DNA from: Eubacteriales bacterium
GTDB taxonomy: Bacteria; Bacillota; Clostridia; Oscillospirales; CAG-272
Direction: 5' to 3'
Length of the DNA: 64,000 nucleotides
NCBI GenBank assembly: GCA_045657165.1
Contig: JAZOSP010000071.1
Span: 15,751 to 79,750, forward strand
Under the pieces are notes generated by a model. The model was not told where the DNA came from and searched no databases. It worked only from the letters and a program-made list of their open reading frames with translations. A program made the translations under genes and the position numbers. This document shows, piece after piece, positions 1 through 10,650 of the stretch (position 1 is its first letter; each line of letters opens with the position of its first letter).

Positions 1-1926
1 GGATTTGACATCTCCATAGCAGCCCTGAACTGCTCCTCGTCCATAGACTCGTTCTTAAGAAGGAACTCGGCTATAAAGTGAAGCTTATCAACGTGCTCGG
101 TAAGAAGCGCCTTGCACTTATCATACGCGCGGGAAATAATCGCTCTGATTTCGTCATCTATATCAGCTGCAGTCTTTTCTGAATAGTTCTTACCGGAGGA
201 GAAATCGCGACCGAGGAATACCTCGTCTGACGAGTGCTCCGAGCCGTAAAGAACCGTGCCGAGCTTATCGCTCATACCGTATCTTGTAACCATCTTTCGC
301 GCTATAGAGGTAGCCTTCTGAATATCGCTCGACGCACCTGTGGAAATATCGTCAAGTATAATCTCCTCAGCCACTCTGCCGCCAAGGCTTAAAATTATAT
401 GGTCGATCATCTCATTTCTCGACGTTGTCATTCTGTCCTCAGTAGGAACACTGAGAGTTACGCCGCCTGCCGAGCCTGCGGGGATTATTGTAATATGCTT
501 TACTGGGTCGGTATGCTCGCAGTAGTAAGAGGCAACTGCGTGACCTGCCTCGTGATAAGCACAAAGCTTGTTGTCGGAGTCGGTTCTGACCTTGCTCTTT
601 TTCTGCGGACCGAGCAGAAGTTTCATATAGGACTCCTCGATGTCTTCCATACCGATAAGCGCCTTATTGTTTTTCGCGGCCCTGAGAGCCGCCTCGTTCA
701 TAAGGTTGGCAAGCTCAGCGCCGGTAAAGCCAATCGTTGTCTGAGCAATCTTTTTAAGGTCAACGGCTTCCTCAAGCGGCTTGTTACGGCAATGAACCTT
801 GAGAATTTCCTCCCTGCCCTTCATATCGGGATAGTTGACGGTAACACGCCTGTCAAATCTGCCTGGACGAAGAAGCGCTGGGTCGAGAATGTCAGGTCGG
901 TTTGTAGCCGCCATAACGATAACACCGGAGTTCGTACCAAAGCCGTCCATCTCGACAAGGAGCTGGTTTAAGGTTTGCTCGCGCTCGTCGTGGCCGCCGC
1001 CGAGGCCTGCGCCTCTGTGACGTCCGACTGCGTCAATCTCATCAATAAATATTATACTTGCGGGAGTTCTTCTTGCGTTATCGAAGAGGTCGCGCACGCG
1101 CGAAGCGCCGACACCGACGTACATTTCAACGAAATCCGAGCCGGATATCGAGAAGAACGGAACACCTGCCTCGCCGGCAACCGCCTTTGCAAGAAGGGTT
1201 TTACCCGTACCGGGAGGGCCAACTAAAAGCACGCCGCGAGGAATTCTCGCACCGAGCTTGACGAATTTTTCGGGGTCCTTTAGGAACTCAACTACCTCCT
1301 CAAGCTCCGCCTTTTCCTCGTCTGCACCTGCAACGTCGGCGAACTTGACTGCGTTCTTATCGTTAGTAGCCACCTTCGCCTTGGATTTAGAGAAGGAATT
1401 CATTTTGCCACCGGCAGCACCCGTCTGGCGCATAAGGAATATCCAAAGCCCGACGATGAGCGCACCAGTGATAATATAAGGAAGATACAGAACGTACCAA
1501 GGAGTTTCCGCAGCGGGAATATAGTTATATTCTCTGAAATTGGTAGAGGTTGGGTCTGAACGGTATTGCTCATGCTTTTGCCTTGCAATTTCGTTGATTT
1601 CCTCAATCTGCAAATTATAGCTAAACTGGTAAGTGTAGGTCTCATAGACCCGATTTCCGTCCTTTAGCTCGTAGAGAATGTTGCCACTCTCGTCAAGCAT
1701 AATATTACCGTCTTCATCACGCTGAGGCTTCAAGGCCTTAACGGTAATAACTCCGTTCTCGTTGACGACGTATGACTCTACACGATCCTCATAGAACAGC
1801 TCTAAAAGCTCGCTGTGAACGAACTCGTCATTATCGCCATTTCCACCGGAAAACGCCGTAACCGCAATGATTATAGCGCCAACGATAAGAATGAGCATTA
1901 AAATACTCTTGAAATTCGCCTTCATT
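1..1926 (-). CDS. ftsH: ATP-dependent zinc metalloprotease FtsH (C-terminus runs off the window start)
   Basis: It is not in the ORF track because it is truncated by the window edge. My reverse-strand translation from the ATG at 1926..1924 gives [19 protein letters not shown] (TM). It continues to Walker A GPPGTGKT, an AAA second region, and the zinc motif HEAGHA. Confidence 0.93.
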
Positions 1927-1965
1927 AAGTATCTTCCGTACCTTTCTTTTCAAAACCGTAGATTA

Positions 1966-3438
1966 TTATTTTCTTTTTGTGCCTTTTTTATTATCAAACT
2001 CGGAGGGAATGTGGAAACGTGAGTAAAAATCACCATCGGTCTTCCCTACCGAAAGATATGCATTTATTTTTTTGCCGTCGCTACATTTGACGCCGTCATC
2101 TCTTACTCCTATTCCGGGAACCCAAAGCACGCCACGTCTATCGCACAAAACGGGAATCGTATGGCGAAGCGAGGGCGGAATACCAAAATCGTTAAAGAGC
2201 TTCTTCAGCTTTCGCGTATGACCGCCAAAGAAGAGAGTATCGCCGTCTCTCTTGGGACGCAAAAGCAATCCACCATCAATTATAGCAGATGAAAGATTTG
2301 CTTGTATTGAGAAATTGTAAACATTTGAATAAGAAATATTCGTATAGTCATCGGACAAAACAAGCGTTGCCTCACGTTCCGGAATTTCAGTCACGCCGTA
2401 TGAGACCGGTATTTCATATTCGCAGCAAGGTGTATCCTTGCTTGTCACTCGACAAAGACCGAGTTCGCATATAAATCTTCCACCGCAAATATCGTATGAG
2501 AAATTTTCAGAAAAAATGAGCGAATATAGCTTGTCGACGTGCGCCTCGGTGACGGAAGCGCCAATGGTTGACGCCATCTCTGACAAGACACGCGAGAATA
2601 CCGAAATGTGAAGCAAAGCAAGCGCCTCTCTCGGAACGGACGTAACAGGATATTTCAGCAAAAAAGCCTTGGCGACCGAAGTAATATAATCGTCGTCGCG
2701 CCTTAAATTGCGGGAAAGTCGCGCCGCCATATCCTCGGGTGACGAGGTAAGACGCGCAAGCTCGGGAATTACGTTATGTCTTATCCTGTTTCGCGAATAC
2801 TCAAGAGAATCATTCGTGCTGTCCACAGCATAGGCTATGTCGGAATCACAAAGCGAGGAAATTATATCAGCCTTTGGAACGTAAATCAGTGGGCGCACAA
2901 TATTACCGCGCACAGGCGCAATACCCGCAGCACCCCTCGTGCCCGCACCTCGCATTATATTGAAGAGGACGGTCTCGAGATTGTCGGTTGCATTATGTGC
3001 AACCGCAATAGTCGATATATCGTTTCTGCCCGATATTATATCTCTAAAGCAAGAATATCTCACGTCACGAGCAGTCTCCTCAAGTCCTTTTCCTAGTTTC
3101 ATTGCAAGTGTCGGAACATCGTAGGTGCGCGATATGAATTCAACCCCGAGAGTCCCGCATAGCTCGCGCGAGAAGAGCTCGTCGCGGTCTGCCTCGTCGC
3201 CCCGTATTGAGTGATTGACATGCACTGCAGCTATAGAAAAATCTCCCGTTCTTCGTCTGTACTCGAGTAAAAACGCTAGAAGCATAATCGAATCGGGTCC
3301 GCCGGAAAAGCCGACGAGAACGCCCGAGCTGATAGCCGCTTCCATTGAATTATCAGCTATGGCGCGTACTGCGGCAGCGTAGATATCCTGCCCTGTCTTG
3401 CTCAAAAAGAGCTCTTTCAGCTTATCAACCGTTACCAT
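1966..3438 (-). CDS. tilS: tRNA(Ile)-lysidine synthase TilS
   Basis: It has the PP-loop motif GFSGGPDS and TilS-like length and C-terminal domain. The track ORF starts at a TTG at 3483. I prefer the ATG at 3438 (MVTVDKLKE), which overlaps the dnaB stop by 14 nt. The start is uncertain. Confidence 0.85.
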   Translation of the reverse strand: MVTVDKLKELFLSKTGQDIYAAAVRAIADNSMEAAISSGVLVGFSGGPDSIMLLAFLLEYRRRTGDFSIAAVHVNHSIRGDEADRDELFSRELCGTLGVEFISRTYDVPTLAMKLGKGLEETARDVRYSCFRDIISGRNDISTIAVAHNATDNLETVLFNIMRGAGTRGAAGIAPVRGNIVRPLIYVPKADIISSLCDSDIAYAVDSTNDSLEYSRNRIRHNVIPELARLTSSPEDMAARLSRNLRRDDDYITSVAKAFLLKYPVTSVPREALALLHISVFSRVLSEMASTIGASVTEAHVDKLYSLIFSENFSYDICGGRFICELGLCRVTSKDTPCCEYEIPVSYGVTEIPEREATLVLSDDYTNISYSNVYNFSIQANLSSAIIDGGLLLRPKRDGDTLFFGGHTRKLKKLFNDFGIPPSLRHTIPVLCDRRGVLWVPGIGVRDDGVKCSDGKKINAYLSVGKTDGDFYSRFHIPSEFDNKKGTKRK

Positions 3439-4804
3439 TTGAGTATGCGTTTTCAAGACTTCTGAACTTGGTGAACTGACCAATCCAGCCCATTTTTACG
3501 TTTTTAACCGAGCCGTGCCTATTCTTGGCTACGATAACCTCAGCAGTATTCGCGCTCTCAATAGCGGCCTCGGAATTCTCGTCCTGCGCTCCGGCAATAT
3601 CCTTATAATACTCGTCGCGATAAAGGAACAGAACGATATCGGCATCCTGTTCAATAGAGCCCGAGTCACGCAAATCCGCAAGAGTCGGTCGCTTACCCGC
3701 ACCGGGTCTTGACTCGGTACCTCTGTTCAGCTGTGCACAGCAAACGATGGGAATACCGAAATCCTTTGCCATCATCTTAAGGTTACGCGAAATCTCGCCC
3801 ACCTGCTGTGCGCGGTTATCCGAACTCGACATAGTCTGCATAAGACCGATATAGTCAATGACCACGAGTCCGAGATTCGGAATGCGGCGAAGCTTTGAGC
3901 GCATCTCGGCAGTAGTAATTGACGAGGTGTCGTCAATGTAAATATCACACCCCGAGAGCGAGGTGATAACGTCTGCAATGTTTTCCCAATCGGCCGTGTC
4001 AAGATTGCCCGTGCGAAGCTTTCTTGAATCAACGAGCGCCTCGCTCGACAGAATTCTTGTTACGAGCTGCTCGCACGACATCTCAAGAGAGAAAATAGCA
4101 ACTGCTTTTTTAGAGCTTTTAGCAACGTTTGTGGCGATATTGAGGGCGAAGGAGGTCTTGCCCATACCGGGTCTTGCGCCTACGATAACAAGGTCGCCCT
4201 TTCCAAGCTGAATCAATACATCGTCAAGATCTGAAAATCCGGTTTTTGAGCCGGTAACAGCGCCTTTTGTATCGAATAGCACCTCGATATCCTTATAGAC
4301 GTTTTGCAAAACATCACTGATATGGCGCAAATCCTTTGTTCCGCTATCGTTAGATATATCAAATATCTTCCGCTCTGCACTGTCGATTATCGTTCTGACA
4401 GGCGACGCCTCGTCGTATGCCTCGCTATTGATTTCCTCACAAATCGCGATAAGGCGGCGCAGAGTTGATTTATCCTTGACTATTCTCGCATAATCCTTTA
4501 CGTTTGCGGCAGCGGGCACCGACTCGGCAAGCAGGGTTATATACTGCACTCCGCCCGCTTCATCTCTGTCGCCAAGCTCGACGAGTGTATTGACAAGTGT
4601 GACAACGTCGATGGTCTTGCTCTCCGAATACATTTTCAAAAGAGCAGAATATATATGCTTGTGCTCCTCAACGTAAAAATCATCGCGGAAGATAACTCCG
4701 CCTATTTTGTCAAAGCACTCGGGATTTACTATTATTGAACCAAGAAGCGCCTGCTCAGCCTCGACGGAGACCGGGAGCTGTTTGATTAAGCTGCTTGAAT
4801 CCAT
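3425..4804 (-). CDS. dnaB: replicative DNA helicase DnaB (DnaC in Bacillus nomenclature)
   Basis: The N-terminus is PVSVEAEQALLGSII and the Walker A is GARPGMGKTSFALN. The RecA-like C-terminal domain contains IVCCAQLNR. It sits in the conserved rplI-dnaB context. Confidence 0.95.
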   Translation of the reverse strand: MDSSSLIKQLPVSVEAEQALLGSIIVNPECFDKIGGVIFRDDFYVEEHKHIYSALLKMYSESKTIDVVTLVNTLVELGDRDEAGGVQYITLLAESVPAAANVKDYARIVKDKSTLRRLIAICEEINSEAYDEASPVRTIIDSAERKIFDISNDSGTKDLRHISDVLQNVYKDIEVLFDTKGAVTGSKTGFSDLDDVLIQLGKGDLVIVGARPGMGKTSFALNIATNVAKSSKKAVAIFSLEMSCEQLVTRILSSEALVDSRKLRTGNLDTADWENIADVITSLSGCDIYIDDTSSITTAEMRSKLRRIPNLGLVVIDYIGLMQTMSSSDNRAQQVGEISRNLKMMAKDFGIPIVCCAQLNRGTESRPGAGKRPTLADLRDSGSIEQDADIVLFLYRDEYYKDIAGAQDENSEAAIESANTAEVIVAKNRHGSVKNVKMGWIGQFTKFRSLENAYSNGNG

Positions 4805-4831
4805 AGCTTTGTCCTTTCGTAAAGAGTTGTT

Positions 4832-5275
4832 TTACTGATGTACCAACACAGTGAATTTTGCTACCACGTCGGTCTGAAGCTTGAGCTCTACAGAATAGCT
4901 GCCGTAGGCCTTAATAGTCTCCTTTATTTGTATTTTTCGCTTATCAACGTCAATGGAAAGCTGCCTTCCGAGCGCCTCAGCAATATCCTTTGCGGTTACC
5001 GAACCGTAGAGCCTGCCGTCCTGGCCGTGCCCCATCTGTATTCTGACCTCAGTACCCGAGATTCTTGCGGCAAGAGCCTCTGCTGCCTTTTTCTCCTCGT
5101 TTATTTTATACTGCTTTGCCTCCTCCTTGCTTCTCAGCTCACTCGTAGCCTTAGCATCAGCGGGCACAGCCTTCTTCTGCGGGAGAAGGAAGTTTCTTGC
5201 GTAACCGTCGGAAACCTCGACAATCTGATCCTTTTTTCCCTGTCCCTTTACGTCACATAGTAAAATTACTTTCAT
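4832..5275 (-). CDS. rplI: 50S ribosomal protein L9
   Basis: [36 protein letters not shown] is a typical L9 N-terminus. The protein is 147 aa and lies immediately upstream of dnaB. Confidence 0.95.
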   Translation of the reverse strand: MKVILLCDVKGQGKKDQIVEVSDGYARNFLLPQKKAVPADAKATSELRSKEEAKQYKINEEKKAAEALAARISGTEVRIQMGHGQDGRLYGSVTAKDIAEALGRQLSIDVDKRKIQIKETIKAYGSYSVELKLQTDVVAKFTVLVHQ

Positions 5276-5286
5276 TTTTATCTCCT

Positions 5287-7284
5287 TTAAGCCTCTAAAT
5301 ATTCGTCTATACTTGTTTTAAGAGTCTCAAGCACTCCAAGCACCGAATCCGACCTTACCTGTGCCCCCGCAACGTCAAAGTGACCGCCGCCATGGAGCTT
5401 TTCAAGTATAAGCTGGACGTTGATTTTGCCCGAGGAGCGACCCGAAATGTGAATCTGCTCACCGATTCTGACCATTGTAAATGCGGCCTCAACACCGCGC
5501 AGAGTAAGCATTTTATCGGCTGCCTTAGAGGCAATGACTCTGAATGATTCATCGGTTTCGCCGTCGCAGCAGGCAATTGCGATATTTTCCCTGTAAATTG
5601 TGATAGCAGTATGGAAGCGCGCCTCCTTTGACAAATCCTCGGGGGTCGTCTTGAAAAGACTGTAAACGTCGGTGGGATTGGCCCCCGCACTGCGAAGATA
5701 CTGTGCTGCACCAAAGGTGCGCGTTCCGGTGTTTCTCGTAAACTGCTTGGTATCAAGTAAAATGCCCGCAAGAAGAAGATCAGCCTCCTCTTTCATAAGC
5801 GACTGCGAGCTTACCGAGGACTCAAGCATTTCGGTAACAAGCTCACAAGCCGAAGAAGCCGACGGGTCGATATACGAGAGCTTGACGGATTCGGGCAGAG
5901 CTTCGTTTTTCCTGTGATGATCCACGACTGCTATAGAGCTACATTTTGTTGCTATGTCCGAGAACTGTGCTCGGGTGGGCAGGCTATGGTCAACAAGGAC
6001 AACGAGCGTGTCCGGGCTGATAAGATCAAGCCCCTCGGCGTTATCGATAAACATCTGAGAGTAGATCTCAGTGTCCTGCATCATTTCAATACACGGAGCG
6101 ATGTTTTTATCTCGCAGGTCAACTGCAACGTTAGCCTTCACTCCGCAGAGCATTGCAAGCCGCGCAACACCCACCGATGCACCGAAGGAATCGAAGTCGC
6201 CGTAGCGATGTCCCATAATTATAACGTTATCGGAACGCGCCATAAGCGCCGTAAGCTGGCTTGCAAAGGCACGAGACTGAACGTTAGAGCGCTTGTAAAC
6301 TGTTTTTGTACGGCCGCCGTAATAGACCGTCTCCTCCTCCGACTTATAGACGACTTGGTCGCCGCCGCGCTGAAGAGCCATATCGACGGCATCGCGTGCA
6401 GCAAGCTCTCGCTCGGCAAGAGTGCCCTTGATACGCGAAACACCTATTGATACGGTTATTGACATACCGTCGCCGACTCTCGTATCGCGTATTTCGTCAA
6501 GTATTGCAAATCTGTCCTCAATACATTTATCGAGGTGAGCAGAATCAAATAGCAAAATGTATCTATCGTTCTCGTAGGATTTGATGATTCCGTTAACCGA
6601 GGCGGCCCACGCCCTCAGCTTATCGTCAATTCTCGATACCGCATCGGCAAATTTCTCATGGACGGATTGAAGCACATCTTCGACGTTATCAATAGCGATA
6701 TATGCCACGGCTATGCGCTCGTCCTCGTATTTTTTAGTGGTCTCAGCAAGCTCCGTGGTGTCGGTAAGCATGGCAATATAAAGACCGCCGTTATCCTCGG
6801 TAACGCGAAATGCCTCAAGAGAGTAAAGTCTACCCGAGAGCGTTAGGTTAATCGTTTCCCCACACGATATATGCGATGGATCAAGCTCCATTATATCGCC
6901 AATGTCCGCGCCCACAAAATTCACCTCAGCACCGAGCACCGAGCGCATAGCGTCGTTATACCAAAGAACCGTGCCGTAATAATCGAAGGCAATGGTGGGC
7001 GAGAGTGAATTTTTCAACACCACGCTTCCCTCCTCAAGGAGAAGCTCGTGTATATTTTTGCTTGGCACTGCCTCCGTGGAGGCTGTACGCTTTGCGCCTA
7101 TCAGAGCGATTTCCGCAAGGTAAATAACCGTGACTGCTATAGCCACGAAAACCGCATCGAGCGAAAGGAGCGATGAAACAAGTGCCACAAGCGCAATGTT
7201 AAGGCAGCCGAGAGCAATCGCCAGCACAAGCTCGGCGCGTGATGCGAATGGTATATTCAGCTTGTCCTTTTGCCAATTATTCAT
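5287..7284 (-). CDS. gdpP: GdpP-like DHH/DHHA1 phosphoesterase (c-di-AMP phosphodiesterase family)
   Basis: It has two N-terminal TM helices, a PAS-like region and a degenerate GGDEF-like region. The DHH motif (VVDHHRK) and DHHA1 motif (HGGGH) are present. It sits in the conserved yybS-gdpP-rplI-dnaB order. Confidence 0.85.
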   Translation of the reverse strand: MNNWQKDKLNIPFASRAELVLAIALGCLNIALVALVSSLLSLDAVFVAIAVTVIYLAEIALIGAKRTASTEAVPSKNIHELLLEEGSVVLKNSLSPTIAFDYYGTVLWYNDAMRSVLGAEVNFVGADIGDIMELDPSHISCGETINLTLSGRLYSLEAFRVTEDNGGLYIAMLTDTTELAETTKKYEDERIAVAYIAIDNVEDVLQSVHEKFADAVSRIDDKLRAWAASVNGIIKSYENDRYILLFDSAHLDKCIEDRFAILDEIRDTRVGDGMSITVSIGVSRIKGTLAERELAARDAVDMALQRGGDQVVYKSEEETVYYGGRTKTVYKRSNVQSRAFASQLTALMARSDNVIIMGHRYGDFDSFGASVGVARLAMLCGVKANVAVDLRDKNIAPCIEMMQDTEIYSQMFIDNAEGLDLISPDTLVVLVDHSLPTRAQFSDIATKCSSIAVVDHHRKNEALPESVKLSYIDPSASSACELVTEMLESSVSSQSLMKEEADLLLAGILLDTKQFTRNTGTRTFGAAQYLRSAGANPTDVYSLFKTTPEDLSKEARFHTAITIYRENIAIACCDGETDESFRVIASKAADKMLTLRGVEAAFTMVRIGEQIHISGRSSGKINVQLILEKLHGGGHFDVAGAQVRSDSVLGVLETLKTSIDEYLEA

Positions 7285-7308
7285 TTATGTTAACTCTCGC
7301 TTTCTTAA

Positions 7309-8292
7309 TTATTTGTCACCGTTTATACTGTTAAGCTTGTTCTGATTTATTGTAGAGAAAAGTCCTACCACCGATAAAATCTGAAGCGCAAGCGAAGATA
7401 AAAGAACAATACCTACGATCAGCACTGCGGTAGCAAAGCCGCGACTTCTGCCACGCGATATAAAATCCCTTGCCACACAAAATCCGAAATACGCGAAGAC
7501 TATCATAAATACGCTATAAAGATTAGCGATTATAACCTCAAACGTGCCGACTCCCACCCCAAAGAACATATTAAGGAAAAAGAGTGCGCCGTAGAAGTAG
7601 GCAAAAATATTCGTCACAGAGAAGCGCCAGCCTACCACGACGTGAGGCTCCTTCTCTGCGCGATATATAGCAGCCGTAAAAATTTTCATAGTCAAGCCCG
7701 TAATGATGAACGAGATGATAATGAGCATTGAAATAAGCTGCTTTGCGACGCTGTCAAAAAGCACTGTCGCATCTTCTTCGGTAAAAACAGAATTCACCGA
7801 GCCGTCAACTGTTACGGAAATTGCGGTTATCTGCTCGACGAACCCGGCCTTTAATTCCTCATAGATACCGACGTAAAATCCTTTGACGGTTCCTATATCA
7901 AACGATCCCGTAATATTGACCACGTCAAAATACAGCGAAGCGAGAATAAATACGGCAACCGTCACACAGACTGCAACGACACACTCGGTTTTTGCCCTGC
8001 CCTTTGTATACATGAGGCATATTATCAATGCAATAACCAAGGGCTCTATCCCGCGCACCGAGTAGAAGCCGCCAATAAAAATGTTTAGTAAGACCGTGGC
8101 AATGGGCACTGCAAAGGAAAAGATTCTTTTATCCCCCGCTTCAAACAAGAAGAGTGCTGCAAGAAAAGCCGCTGCGGGCGCGATGAAGAGCTCGCCGAAA
8201 AAGGAGACCAAGACACCGGCAGCAAGCGAGAGGAATGCCACCACCAAAATTGCATTTTTCTTTTTTGATATATTCCTGAATTCGAATTTCAT
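7309..8292 (-). CDS. YybS/DUF2232 family polytopic membrane protein
   Basis: The protein is 327 aa, highly hydrophobic and multi-TM. It lies immediately upstream of gdpP, as B. subtilis yybS does. Confidence 0.7.
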   Translation of the reverse strand: MKFEFRNISKKKNAILVVAFLSLAAGVLVSFFGELFIAPAAAFLAALFLFEAGDKRIFSFAVPIATVLLNIFIGGFYSVRGIEPLVIALIICLMYTKGRAKTECVVAVCVTVAVFILASLYFDVVNITGSFDIGTVKGFYVGIYEELKAGFVEQITAISVTVDGSVNSVFTEEDATVLFDSVAKQLISMLIIISFIITGLTMKIFTAAIYRAEKEPHVVVGWRFSVTNIFAYFYGALFFLNMFFGVGVGTFEVIIANLYSVFMIVFAYFGFCVARDFISRGRSRGFATAVLIVGIVLLSSLALQILSVVGLFSTINQNKLNSINGDK

Positions 8293-8404
8293 ATTTTCAC
8301 CAAAAAATAATTTTTCATTTTATTATATCACACAAAAATATGTTTGTAAATGTTTTTCAAAGAAAATTAATAAATATACTATTGAAAATATTTTGTTCTA
8401 AATA

Positions 8405-8433
8405 TTGCAAAGCCACCCTAAATGTAGTAAAAT
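8405..8433 (+). promoter_or_regulatory. sigma-A-type promoter upstream of recG
   Basis: TTGCAA (8405-8410), a 17-nt spacer, then TAAAAT (8428-8433). The recG RBS and ATG follow about 40 nt downstream. Confidence 0.55.
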
Positions 8434-8475
8434 ATACTTGTATACTTTTACCTTTGTGTGAAAGGAGGTAACGGA

Positions 8476-10614
8476 ATGGACAATATTACTCGCGAGTCGC
8501 CGGTGCTTATGCTACCCGGTGTCGGCAAGGCGCGCGCATCACAGCTTGAGCGCCTCGGCATCAAAACGGTAAACGACCTCGTGTACTTTTTCCCCCGCGC
8601 TTACGAGTGCCGCGGAAACGTAAGACAGCTATCAAGGTTCGAGCCCGATATACCCGGCTCATTTCTCCTGACCGTTGCCACTGAGGTACACAGCAGCAAC
8701 ATACGCCGTGGTCTTACCATATCAAAATTCAGAGCCTTCGACGATTCCGGTTCAGCCGAGATTGTATTTTTCAACTGCCCTTTTATCAAAGACGTCTTTC
8801 ACGTCGGAGCGGTTTTCCGCTTCTTTGGCAAGCCTGTGCTGTCAAAAAACAAGCTTCAGCTTCAGAATCCAAGATACGAGGCGTACGTTGAGGGTATCCC
8901 GCTTCCCGATTACGTGCCTATTTATCATCTTACAGTCGGTATCACGTCAAAACAAATTGAGAAGCTTGTGAGGGCAGCCATTGAGGCGGTTTTACCCAGC
9001 CTCACCGACCCGCTTCCCGAGGACGTAAGACTAAAGTACAATCTGCCGTCGCTTTCCTATGCTGTTATGAACGCTCATTTTCCCGACAGTGACGAGGCTC
9101 TTAAAAAATCGCTTGCGCGCCTTGCATTTGATGAAATGCTCACCTTTGCGCTCGGGATTTCTATTTCCCGTGAGAGAAGACGGCTTTTCGACGGTATTCC
9201 GTTCTCCCCCTGCTCTCTCACTCCCTTGACTGAAAAGCTCCCGTATGAGCTTACGGGCTCGCAAAAGAGTGTCATTAACGATATTTACCGCGACACGGTG
9301 CTTGCAAAGGACGGAAGGCTATCTCCCATGACCAGAATCATAGTTGGTGACGTAGGCTCGGGAAAAACCGTATGCGCTACCGCAGCTATCTATATTGCCG
9401 CCCGCTCGGGATATCAGACGGCACTTATGGTTCCTACGGAGATTTTAGCAAGACAGCACTATCAGGACATGAGGGGGCTTTTATCGGAGCTCGGTATTCG
9501 CACCGAGCTGCTTATAGGAGCGACGACTCAAAAGGAAAAGAAGCGAATAATGTCGCTTCTCGAGAGTGGCGAGGTTGATTTGGTTATCGGCACTCACGCA
9601 CTCATCTCGGACAAGGTCAGCTTCAAGAATCTCGGACTTGTCGTAACAGACGAGCAGCACCGCTTTGGAGTCGGCGAGCGAGCACGACTTAAGGATAAAT
9701 CGCAAAATGCGCACATGCTCGTTATGAGCGCAACACCAATTCCACGTACTCTTGCCCTCGCTATGTACGGCGACCTTGACGTATCGAGGATTACAGAAAT
9801 GCCAAAGGGCAGAGAGCGCGTTGACACCTTCGTGGTCAACGAAGGCTACCGAGCACGCCTCAACGACTTTATAAAAAAGCAAGTAGCCCTCGGTGGACAG
9901 TGCTATATCGTATGCCCTTCAATAGAGCCGGGAGAGGACGGCGCAGAAGCGGTCGTTCCAAACTCACTCGCCTCGCTTGTCAACACACGCTCACTTAACC
10001 TTAAAAACGCACTCGAATATACCGAAGAGCTACGTCTTGCACTCCCCACACTCAAAATTGAAACGCTACACGGACGTATGCGTTCATCTGAAAAAGACGA
10101 GATTATGGCGCGCTTCATCTGCGGCGAGTGTAACGTGCTCGTCTCAACCACTGTAATCGAGGTCGGTGTCAACGTACCTAACGCCTCGCTTATGATTGTA
10201 GAAAATGCCGAGCGCTTCGGGCTGTCGCAGCTCCACCAGCTGCGCGGGCGCGTTGGACGCGGAAAGCGAAAGTCCTACTGCGTGCTTGTATCCGATAGCA
10301 CATCAGAGCGTGCCGTCGCACGACTCGAGGCAATGCGTGCAACCTACGACGGATATGAAATTGCAGAAAAGGATTTGGCACTTAGAGGTCCCGGAGATTT
10401 CTTTTCGGCAAATTCCAACGATAATATACGGCAGAGTGGTGGATTTGAGTTCAAATTTGCTTCAATCTGCGACGATGCTACGCTATTTGAATCGGCATTT
10501 GCGGCAGCAAAAGACATAGTATCGCGCGACCCTGCGCTCAGCCTTGACGAGAATAAAGGACTGCGCGAGGAGCTTCTGCGAATGACCGGAATCAACACCT
10601 CGCTGATATCCTAA
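8476..10614 (+). CDS. recG: ATP-dependent DNA helicase RecG
   Basis: It has helicase motif I GDVGSGKT and motif II DEQHRFGV, with LHGRM and RGRVGRG in the C-terminal domain. The track start is a GTG at 8458. The ATG at 8476 follows the RBS AAAGGAGG, so I use it. Confidence 0.95.
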   Translation: MDNITRESPVLMLPGVGKARASQLERLGIKTVNDLVYFFPRAYECRGNVRQLSRFEPDIPGSFLLTVATEVHSSNIRRGLTISKFRAFDDSGSAEIVFFNCPFIKDVFHVGAVFRFFGKPVLSKNKLQLQNPRYEAYVEGIPLPDYVPIYHLTVGITSKQIEKLVRAAIEAVLPSLTDPLPEDVRLKYNLPSLSYAVMNAHFPDSDEALKKSLARLAFDEMLTFALGISISRERRRLFDGIPFSPCSLTPLTEKLPYELTGSQKSVINDIYRDTVLAKDGRLSPMTRIIVGDVGSGKTVCATAAIYIAARSGYQTALMVPTEILARQHYQDMRGLLSELGIRTELLIGATTQKEKKRIMSLLESGEVDLVIGTHALISDKVSFKNLGLVVTDEQHRFGVGERARLKDKSQNAHMLVMSATPIPRTLALAMYGDLDVSRITEMPKGRERVDTFVVNEGYRARLNDFIKKQVALGGQCYIVCPSIEPGEDGAEAVVPNSLASLVNTRSLNLKNALEYTEELRLALPTLKIETLHGRMRSSEKDEIMARFICGECNVLVSTTVIEVGVNVPNASLMIVENAERFGLSQLHQLRGRVGRGKRKSYCVLVSDSTSERAVARLEAMRATYDGYEIAEKDLALRGPGDFFSANSNDNIRQSGGFEFKFASICDDATLFESAFAAAKDIVSRDPALSLDENKGLREELLRMTGINTSLIS

Positions 10615-10650
10615 AACTCACGAGTCGGATTACGACGGAACGGAGATAAT

